Below, one piece after another: positions 26,201 to 34,300 of a stretch of 64,000 bases of DNA. Location: positions 1 to 64,000 of the forward strand of contig NIVC01002450.1 of assembly GCA_002269645.1 (NCBI GenBank), given 5' to 3'. The notes below the pieces were generated by a model that saw nothing but the letters and a program-made list of their open reading frames with translations, had not been told where the DNA came from and searched no databases. The number at the start of each line of letters is the position of its first letter. Within the stretch, counting starts at the first letter, position 1. Made by a program: the position numbers and the translations under genes. This DNA comes from Macrostomum lignano (Eukaryota).

Positions 26201-26306
26201 CCTTCTAGTGGAGGCGCTGAGCCACCTGGACAGCGTGAAGCCGGAGAGCCTGTATCATTACCGCAGCCGGCTGGCCCCCGTCTCCGAGCCGGCTCCGGTT
26301 GCCTAG
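7838..26306 (+). CDS. CPS1: Carbamoyl-phosphate synthetase, mitochondrial CPS I/III type (glutamine-dependent, NAG-site-bearing CPS III-like); 13 exons, 1509 aa
   Basis: Exons 7838-8236, 9006-9215, 9571-9801, 11763-12398, 13190-13564, 14283-14749, 15324-15927, 16539-16979, 17237-17539, 18705-18968, 22354-22545, 24045-24338 and 26193-26306 join at GT-AG sites into one 4530-nt frame. It has an Arg-rich, acid-free N-terminal presequence, a GATase domain ([18 protein letters not shown]), two ATP-grasp halves ([17 protein letters not shown]; [16 protein letters not shown]) and a C-terminal allosteric domain (ATEAT...PVGW...VINLPNN...DNY) followed by a stop. Confidence 0.95.
8290..8950. repeat. 23-bp minisatellite in CPS intron 1
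   Basis: TTATTGAGTGTCTCATGGGTGTC. Confidence 0.9.
9006..9215 (+). CDS. CPS1: CPS exon 2
   Basis: DYSVDHSHW...[15 protein letters not shown]; acceptor TCTCAG|, donor GAG|GTGTGA. Confidence 0.92.
9571..9801 (+). CDS. CPS1: CPS exon 3 (GATase start)
   Basis: [21 protein letters not shown]; acceptor CCAAG|, donor AAG|GTGCGC. Confidence 0.92.
9890..11700. repeat. 24-bp minisatellite in CPS intron 3 with higher-order duplication
   Basis: GTCCAAATCAGTGACCAATTTAGT; a variant block recurs near 10533, 10979 and 11448. Confidence 0.95.
11763..12398 (+). CDS. CPS1: CPS exon 4 (GATase catalytic Cys/His, start of synthetase)
   Basis: FGICCGNQ (TGC at 11799), FHPE (CAT at 12051), [22 protein letters not shown]; donor AAG|GTAATT. 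Confidence 0.95.
12441..12744 (+). mobile_element. tRNA-derived CORE-type SINE, copy 1 (CPS intron 4)
   Basis: A box TAGCCTAGTGG, B box GGTTCGATTC, central GTCCTTGAGCAAGACAC...CTTCAGTT...CTGTAAAATGGGT, (TTA)n tail; second copy at 42147. Confidence 0.8.
12747..13125. repeat. 23-bp minisatellite in CPS intron 4
   Basis: GAGTGCTCAGATTCTTAACTTGG. Confidence 0.9.
13190..13564 (+). CDS. CPS1: CPS exon 5
   Basis: ERPDG-like [35 protein letters not shown]. Confidence 0.95.
13775..14150. repeat. 18-bp minisatellite in CPS intron 5
   Basis: GGGGTCACAGGGGTGCTA; inverted partner at 14757-15255. Confidence 0.93.
14283..14749 (+). CDS. CPS1: CPS exon 6 (phase 0 to 2)
   Basis: [55 protein letters not shown]; donor CG|GTGAGT. 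Confidence 0.95.
14757..15255. repeat. 18-bp minisatellite in CPS intron 6 (reverse complement of the intron 5 array)
   Basis: CCCTGTGACCCCTGGCAT. Confidence 0.93.
15324..15927 (+). CDS. CPS1: CPS exon 7 (phase 2 to 0)
   Basis: (R)[40 protein letters not shown]. Confidence 0.95.
15950..16470. repeat. 30/39-bp minisatellite in CPS intron 7
   Basis: GGGATGAGGTAGCATGTACCAGAGGACATT, plus a variant with a 9-bp insertion. Confidence 0.92.
16539..16979 (+). CDS. CPS1: CPS exon 8
   Basis: [41 protein letters not shown]. Confidence 0.95.
17237..17539 (+). CDS. CPS1: CPS exon 9
   Basis: [35 protein letters not shown]. Confidence 0.95.
17598..18570. repeat. 28-bp minisatellite in CPS intron 9
   Basis: GGCCCAGCAACTGAGGATCTGGGAGGCT; same family at 27097-27530. 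Confidence 0.95.
18705..18968 (+). CDS. CPS1: CPS exon 10
   Basis: [27 protein letters not shown]. Confidence 0.95.
19725..20095 (+). pseudogene. Degraded P-element/THAP9-like transposase fragment (coiled coil + FSPE..F..TL..YSP.AYEY.RK motif)
   Basis: Pieces in shifting frames: [33 protein letters not shown]; [27 protein letters not shown]; [12 protein letters not shown]; [10 protein letters not shown]. Confidence 0.7.
20245..20648. repeat. 35-bp minisatellite inside the P-element relic
   Basis: AGCACAGGTATTGAGTCACACAAGCTGCAGCTGTT. Confidence 0.95.
21204..22055. mobile_element. Unclassified ~850-bp insertion flanked by 18-bp direct repeats
   Basis: GTAAAAGCTTTCACGATT at 21186-21203 and 22056-22073; GC-richer than the flanks; no convincing ORF. 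Confidence 0.4.
22354..22545 (+). CDS. CPS1: CPS exon 11
   Basis: [28 protein letters not shown]. Confidence 0.93.
22595..24010. repeat. 22-bp minisatellite in CPS intron 11
   Basis: GAATGACTCATTAGCT(G/A)ATAG(G/T). Confidence 0.95.
24045..24338 (+). CDS. CPS1: CPS exon 12 (allosteric/NAG-binding domain)
   Basis: [14 protein letters not shown]...PVGW...[25 protein letters not shown]...PLITNFQ. Confidence 0.93.
24370..26070. repeat. 22-bp minisatellite in CPS intron 12
   Basis: CATGACCTGTCTAACAGGTTAG. Confidence 0.95.
26193..26306 (+). CDS. CPS1: CPS exon 13 (terminal)
   Basis: [23 protein letters not shown]...APVA* continues the NFQ motif; acceptor GATCAG|. Confidence 0.85.
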   Translation: MCALLVEALSHLDSVKPESLYHYRSRLAPVSEPAPVA

Positions 26307-26311
26307 GCAAC
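26298..26311. promoter_or_regulatory. Perfect palindromic RFX X-box-like motif overlapping the CPS stop codon
   Basis: GTTGCCTAGGCAAC; function is not shown by the sequence. Confidence 0.35.
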
Positions 26312-27096
26312 CAAACTCGACGCTGTCATTAGCAACCGGCTTTATTTAACTGTTTTGTTTCGTCTCTTCTAAGACATATATAACAGTTACAGTACGCGAA
26401 ATCTCGTTTTCTATACATATCGGCAGAATTTAATCTAGTCTTATATATATTAAATATCGCCGATATGTATCGATAGAGCTCATAATTTAAACTCGGCAAT
26501 AGCGTCTCACTGGTGAACAGGAAATTCCGAATTTTGGTGTAGCTTGTATTTTTTTATATTGAAATTGGCACCTTTTTTAAAGCGAAATCTAGAGTCACGT
26601 GACAGGTTAATTACCTTTAGGTGATGGTTGATTTTCTTTTTTAACATTCTTTTAAGGCCAATCATTACGGTCTTTGATAGAGAGCTTTCTTAATTGATGA
26701 ATCTCCTTCCTTATAGCCCCAATTGCAATGCTTATTTAATGAACTCCAAAAAAATCATTTTTTGCCTCTGCTGCTAGTCTGTTTTACTTTTAATTTTATC
26801 TTCGTTTTTTATTTTTATCCATATTGGTGCTTAGCAATAATTATCTGGTCTTACAGTGCGACTTGCTCTCCCCACTTCTTCTTCCATCTGTTTTCCTCAG
26901 GCAGGATTGCTTTTGGTGATTGATTTGCCTTTTTACTATATTTACTACTTATTTTAAGAAGTAGTCACTTTTAAAGCAATATTAACTTTTTTGCTTAACA
27001 ACAATACATCTATTGAGCCTGGATTATTTCTGCTGCAGAATTCTGCTTAAATGTTAATCTGACCTGCTCTTATTGTTGATTTTTTTGCTGTAGATT

Positions 27097-27530
27097 ATCT
27101 GGGAGGCTGGCCCAGCAACTGGGGATCTGGGAGGATGGCCCAGCAACTGGGGATCTGGGAGGCTGGCCCAGCAACTGGGGATCTGGGAGGCTGGCCCAGC
27201 AACTGGGGATCTGGGAGGCTGGCCCAGCAACTGGGGATCTGGGAGGCTGGCCCAGCAACTGGGGATCTGGGAGGCTGGCCCAGTAACTGAGGATCTGGGA
27301 GGCTGGCCCAGCAACTGAGGATGTGGGAGGCTGGCCCAGCAACTGAGGATCTGGGAGGCTGGCCCAGCAACTGAGGATGTTGGAGGCTGGCCTAGCAACT
27401 GAAGATCTGGGAGGCTGGCCCAGCAACTGAGGATCTGGGAGGCTGGCCCAGCAACTGGGGATCTGGGAGGGCGATGGCCCAGCAACTGGGGATCTGGGAG
27501 ACTGGCCCAGCAACTGGGGATCTGGGAGGG
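27097..27530. repeat. 28-bp minisatellite, second array of the intron-9 family (intergenic)
   Basis: GGCCCAGCAACTG(A/G)GGATCTGGGAGGCT, same orientation. Confidence 0.93.
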
Positions 27531-27753
27531 AGACATCTTAGCCTAAGGATCTTGAAAGTTGGTGTTTGCATCTCAGTTTAATGTTCTTAGTCGAATGCCA
27601 CCCTAACAGGAGCATATGATATGCCTATCACGAGACTATGATATGCCTACTTTCAGTAGCAGTGAGTTATAGCCAGCAATGTTTTCGCTGTAGCATAGAG
27701 CATCATCTGTGATTGCTTTGCACGTTTCTGCAACAGGAAAAGCCGCGCTGCTT

Positions 27754-27789
<36 letters not shown>

Positions 27790-28194
27790 TTCTCTGCTCT
27801 GCACTGAGCAGCCATGAGGCCCTTGCGTACATCTGCTCTGTCCTCTCTCGCTCAGCATAGCGGGTAGGCTGGGGTTGGCCCAGTGTCATAGCAACCGGCA
27901 GCGCACGCACTGCTCTTCTCTGCCTGTCTCTCCCCCCATACCCGCCAACCCTGATTCGCGTTTTCCTGTACGCTTGCGTATTCACCCTAGGCAAATGTAC
28001 TCATCGCCCTTAGCAACAACTGAGCGGGAGAGAGAGAGACGCCGGTAGAACACATAGCTAGCAATACTGTTGAAATTAAGGTACGAATAACTTGTATCAC
28101 CTATAATTTACTTCGGTGTCTTAGCGTGGGATAATCGTCAAGAATTATCCCCTATAAGTCGGTCTACAGGTAGAATCTCCCCCCCTCGTGAGCC

Positions 28195-28300
28195 ATGGAG
28201 CAAGGTTTCGTCCAGCTGTGCAGCGGCCGGCTGCCTCTGTCGAGCCTGCCAACAGTCAGTCCGCGAAGCATCACGTTCTGCATCATATCGGCATTCTCGG
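28195..28300 (+). CDS. NWD-like exon 1
   Basis: MEQGFVQLCSGRLPLSSLPTVSPRSITFCIISAFS; donor G|GTGAGT, phase 1. Confidence 0.75.
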
Positions 28301-31300
28301 GTGAGTGGGTTAAATTGTACCATGCATTTGGATTGGTTACCATAGATTACCATAGACTATGTATCCTTTTGCATTCTATTTAGATATAGTCAGCAGCTTG
28401 GACAGACAGTCACTACGGGACTTAAGGTGCCATAGACTGTTTAGCTAGCTCTGTCCAATGCAGCTTGTACAGACAGTCACTCTGGGACTGAGGCTACCAT
28501 AGACTATTTAGCTAGCTCTGTCCAATGCAGCTTGTACAGACAGTCACTCTGGGACTGAGGCTACCATAGACTATTTAGCTAGCTCTGTCCAATGCAGCTT
28601 GTACAGACAGTCACTCTGGGACTGAGGCTACCATAGACTATTTAGCTAGCTCTGTCCAATGCAGCTTGTACAGACAGTCACTCTGGGACTGAGGCTACCA
28701 TAGACTATTTAGCTAGCTCTGTCCAATGCAGCTTGTACAGACAGTCACTCTGGGACTGAGGCTACCATAGACTATTTAGCTAGCTCTGTCCAATGCAGCT
28801 TGTACAGACAGTCACTCTGGGACTGAGGCTACCATAGACTATTTAGCTAGCTCTGTCCAATGCAGCTTGTACAGACAGTCACTCTGGGACTGAGGCTACC
28901 ATAGACTATTTAGCTAGCTCTGTCCAATGCAGCTTGTACAGACAGTCACTCTGGGACTGAGGCTACCATAGACTATTTAGCTAGCTCTGTCCAATGCAGC
29001 TTGTACAGACAGTCACTCTGGGACTGAGGCTACCATAGACTATTTAGCTAGCTCTGTCCAATGCAGCCATAGGCTATTCAACTTTTTACAATGTGCCCTT
29101 TACATTTTCAAGTAATTTTTATTCGTTTTCAGATTTTGAAAAGGAGCGCGAAGTTCTCAGAAACGAGGCCTATCCACGGCTGTACGAGTACTTCAGAAAC
29201 ACCTACGGATTGCAGTTTCGAGTGAGTTTAAATTGAGAATTTATTCTTAGAAACCTGACTTTTATGTCATATAAATTCCTGATTGCTTTTTTGTTAACCC
29301 AGGGCGTGGACATCAAACTAGGCCTTGAAAAGGTCAACTATGACGAGCTGGACTATTGGGATTTGTTTCACGACATCAAGCGAAAGTTTGCTTTCGCTTC
29401 GCACGATTCTGTGCCAGTGGTGAGTTGTCACATTCTGTGCCAGTGGTGAGTTGTCACATTCTGTGCCTGTAGTGAGTTGTCACATTCTGTGCCAGTGGTG
29501 AGTTGTCACATTCTGTGCCAGTGGTGAGTTGTCACATTCTGTGCCAGTGGTGAGTTGTCACATTCTGTGCCAGTGGTGAGTTGTCACATTCTGTGCCAGT
29601 GGTGAGTTGTCACATTCTGTGCCAGTGGTGAGTTGTCACATTCTGTGCCAGTGGTGAGTTGTCACATTCTGTGCCTGTGGTGAGTTGTCACATTCTGTGC
29701 CTGTGGTGAGTTTTCAGTTGTCAATCTTGAGTTGTTATCATGTTGCTGAAAGTCCCAATATAATTAGTTCCCGTTCTTGAATGTTTTTATCAAGATTCAT
29801 ATCAGTAAAAGGCTCTACACCTACTAAAAGTAGTTTAAAAATAAATGAGAGAATTTAACATAGTTTTGCGAAGAAACAGCAAGCAGACAGATGGCACAGA
29901 CGGATGTCCTTAAGCCAATTTGGAGTCCCAGTTACCGATCCTCTGAGCACTCGGCTTAGTCCGCAGAAAAATTCACTCGATTTGATTGGAAATAGATTCA
30001 TTTCTGAGAATTAAGATTGTTTCCAGCTAATAGTTCTTCTGTCTGATTCATTCTATTCAATCCAAGTGAAAACAGCACTCAAAAATGAACAATTGTTTTG
30101 AATTTGTAACTCCCTTAAAGGGTAGCTCAGTCTGCTAAAAACAGACTTTTAAGACGAAATTGAACGAATTGACTGCAATTTATAAATCTGAGGCACCTAA
30201 ATCCTCTTTCAAAGGAGAAGTCATATAAAGTCCAAGATATCCCTCTGAAATCCCATTGAAATCCCGCTGAAATCAGGCTGAAATCCCACTGAAATCCCAC
30301 TAAAATTCTACTGACATATCACTGAAATCCTCACCTTTCACTGAACTGCAATTCCCACCTGAAGCAACTGAACTCTCCACCTGAAGCTACTGAAATCCCC
30401 ACCTGAAGCTACTGAAATGCCCACCTGAAGCTACTGAAATGCCCACCTGAAGCTACTGAAATCCCCACCTGAAGCTACTGAAATCCCCACCTGAAGCTAC
30501 TGAAATCCCCACCTAAAGCAACTGAACTCCCCACCTAAAGCAGTCAATTTCCCCCCTCAGATTCTCCTCGGCCAAAAGTTCGGCCTGCCGCTGCTGCCCC
30601 GACGGCTGCCCAGCCGCGCCTTCGAGCTGATCCGCGCCACCCTGCGCGCCCACCGGAACCCGCTGACGGCGCAGTACCACATCCTAGACTCCTGGTACCG
30701 CCGCGACGAGAACGCCGAATGTCCTGACGGCGACACCGAGCACGTTCTGCTTCCAGCCAGTCGCCAGCTGCCGGACATTGTCGGCGAGGATCCCGAAGCC
30801 AAAGCGTCGGCATTAGCCGAGTGGAAATTCACGGCCAGGCTGTTGGCAAATCTGTTTAAGATCGGGGTGGGCATCTGCCTGCGGGAGGGCACCATGGACG
30901 ATCAGACCGCGTTCGAGATCCTCACCTTTGGTAAGGCGAACTCTTGCGGCTGCCATGAGGCAGTGGTTCGCTTTTGACGTCCATAGTTAAATTAGGGCAT
31001 GTCAATGGCTTCCTAATTAGTATCAATCAGCTTCTGTCTAAGAGAACGCCGGTTTCTATTAGTTACCTTTTACAGAAGCCTCAAATTTCAAATAAATACA
31101 TGCATTTCTAGACGGGTTCGGCTACCATGTCTGGCTCAGGGGAACACATGGACACTAATGACACTAAGACATTGAGACACAGAGACACTCGACTCTATGC
31201 ATTGAGACACTGGAAAGTCAAGGCACTGGGGACTCCGAGATACTAAGATAATTGAAGATGCTATGGACAATGAGATACAAAGCACTTAAGACACTACGAG

Positions 31301-34300
31301 CTAAAAACACTTAACTCTAAAGGAACTCTAAAGACACTCTAAAGACTCTAAAGATACTAAAGGCACACTAAAGACACTCTAAAGACACACTAAAGACACA
31401 CTAAAGACACACTAAAGACACTTTAAAGACACTCTAAAGGCACTCTAAAGACACACTAAAGACACACTAAAGACACTCTAAAGGCTCTAAAGGCAGTCAA
31501 GCAGCTGAAAGTCAGCCAGAGCAGATATTTTGACAATAAATTTAAAGCAGATTTGAATTGCCAGACCGCCAAAACGTGGTGCAGAAGAGAGCAAGCAACT
31601 CTGCCTGAGGGGCTGCAAGCAGTTTAGAAGCAGTCTGAGTGGAAAGCCAGTTGAGAAGAGGCGAGAATCCCCAGCCCAGCTCAGGCCCGCGCTGGGCGAG
31701 AGCAAACCGGAGCAGACAAGAGACGAGAGGACAGCGAGATGACATAAAAGCCTGAAGAAGGATGTCTTAGACAAAATCCTGGCCTGATCTCGCACAAAGC
31801 TTGCCCACCCATATAATCTATTTGGTCAGTTGGGTGCAGAGAAATCTCCTCAGCTAATATCCTGTCTCGCGCAGCTCTTTAAGAGGAAGTTTTTAATCCG
31901 ATGGAAGACATAAAAATATGATTCCAGCGCTGCGAATTCCAGGCTTAAAAGGGATTAAACCTGCCGCTCTGTTATCCCAATATTAATCAGTTCGATTAGT
32001 ATTTAACAGTTTCCCATGTCTCTTCAGAAATTCAGAAATTCAAACCAAGAGACGATGGAATTTGCATGGCATGTTTGCAAATTTTGTCTTAGAGACTGTT
32101 TCGCTGTTCAGACATTGTTTGATTTAGAATTTCAGTCAGATAGATCTTAGCCATCTACTTAAAGCTTGAGAAAGTACACCAGATCTAAAGGTCTAGAGAG
32201 TTAGAGACTTAGACAGCTACTACATGTAGATCTAGAGGCTGTCAGTTACATCATAAGACTGTCAGTTACATCTAGAGGCTGTCAGTGTTACTAATAAGGT
32301 TGTCAGCTCTACAATGTCAGTTAGACCTAGAGACTGTCAGCTTGATCTAGAGGCTGTCATTTAGATCTAAAGGCTGCTATTTAGATATAGAGGCTATCAG
32401 TTATACATAGAGATTATAGATTTACATCTAGAGATAGTCAGTTAGATCTAAAGGGCGTCTTTTAAATCTAGAGACTGTCAGTTAGATCTAAAGGGCGTCT
32501 ATTAAATCTAGAGACTGTCACTTAGATCTAAAGGTGATCAGTTAAATCTCCAGAGACTGTCAGATTTAGAGACTGTCTGTTGTATCTGGACACTGTCAGT
32601 TAGTTACAAAAAGCTTGGAGAAACCCTATGTAGATCTAAAGATTCAAATCGCGCTAAATCCAGTCTTGCAGAAGCTCAGATAGACACCATGCAGTGTCTA
32701 AAAACGAGTCCATGAAGCTGGGTAGTGGAATTAATCAGCCTTTGCAAGTCAGTATGCAATGCAGCAGTGGTGAACACGAATCGATATAGTTGCTTTTATT
32801 CTTAGTACCTGCTTCGCTTACTTTGTATTGCATATTTCTAACATAGTTCTGTCGAAAATTTCTCCAAACTAGCAAGCCCCAGTCTCTGTATGCATTTATT
32901 AATTAAAACGTTACAGCAGTGTCCACACGACCGACACTGCTTGCTCACAGATTAACTTACTTTCCCCAGAACTTCTTCCCTCAATATTTTTCTCAAAGCA
33001 ACTGGAGTCTCCTGAGCCGCAAGCATCGGTCAAGATAAGCATACCTGACAGAGTGAGTGGCTGCTCGGACTTTAAACAAACTGATTCTGCCAAACGATAG
33101 ATCAGTCACAAATTGACTGCTTCCTAATACACAGCGGCTGGCCCGGGCTCGGAGTCGCTCATTTCCAAGGGGCTGGGAAACGTTTGGCTGTTGCGTGCAC
33201 TTTTTAATGATTGACGCATTCAATTCTAGCTACCCTCACCCCACTCAACCCTCACCCCACTCAACCCTCACCCCACTCAACCCTCACCCCACTCAACCCT
33301 CACCCCATTCAACCCTCACCCCACTCAACCCTCACCCCACTCAACCCTCACCCCACTCAACCCTCACCCCATTCAACCCTCACCCCACTCAACCCTCACC
33401 CCACTCAACCCTCACCCCATTCAACCCTCACCCCACTCAACCCTCACCCCACTCAACCCTCACCCCATTCAACCTTCACCCCAGTCAACCCTCACCCCAC
33501 TCAACCCTCGCCCCCAAATAGTCATTGCCAGCTACAACTGTTAGCACACTTTGCACCAAATCGCCCACCACATTTAACCGACACCATCCAGAGCTGGACG
33601 CCGGTATCTCGCACCTGTTGAGCCACTCCGACCTGACCCAGTTCCGTCCTGTCGTATTCGAGCGCGACATAATTGACTTGAAAAACTACCTGAACGAGCC
33701 AAAGGCGGATCTGTACACTGACGTTGAGCTTGACGAAGAGAACGATCGTTTCCTGATCGACAAAAGCCTGGCTGACCTGCTCCAGGAGCTCAACGATCGT
33801 TTAACCACCTACGCTAGCGTTGATCGCCAATTCTCCGTCCTGTGGCGCTTTCCAGACGGCATCGACAAGCGCCTACACGAAGAATACCTCGGCGACTTCT
33901 GCGAAGCTTTCATCGAAGCTGCCAAGACAGCCGTCGAGAGTCGGCTAGCTGGAAAACAGATGCACGCCGACAGCGAGGTTGTCCGCGTCTTTGACGACGC
34001 CTGGACCAGCTTGGAGCATTGCCGACTGCTTGCTCCGTTCAGCCTTCGACAGGAGGCCACTATTGAGGCCGTGGTTGAATACTGCGTGGACTTTTCGGCC
34101 AGGCAGAACTATACCTATCTACTGTTGGGCGGCCAGAACACTGGCAAGATGCCCGCTATTGCTCAGGCTTTTATTGAGGTGAGGTTGACTGGCTTGATTA
34201 GTCATCCGATGCAGATGTGATTAGGGTTGGGGTGAGGGTTGAGTGGGGTGAGGGTTGAGTGGGGTGAGGGTTGAGTGGGGTGAGGGTTGATTGGAGTGAG

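Noticed and set aside
7838-26306. CAD (CPS II-DHOase-ATCase) assignment
   Set aside because: There is a stop right after the allosteric domain, an N-terminal presequence, the LGCGPYHIG signature and NAG-pocket motifs; the next gene is unrelated.
28395-29070. CRISPR-like appearance of regular arrays
   Set aside because: Units are head-to-tail with no unique spacers, there are no cas genes, and the context is eukaryotic introns.
31495-31790. AVKQLKVSQSRYFDNKFK... peptide faintly like a LINE ORF2 linker; also the minus-strand ORF at 3408-3656
   Set aside because: Short, interrupted by stops, and with no RT or endonuclease motif, tail or TSD visible.
32970-33052. Possible 83-nt cassette exon (TTTCCCCAG| ... 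AGA|GTGAGT) paired with an alternative acceptor at 33521
   Set aside because: It would be in frame only with that second acceptor and would insert about 50 low-complexity residues where the homology spacing fits without them. It cannot be excluded without RNA data.
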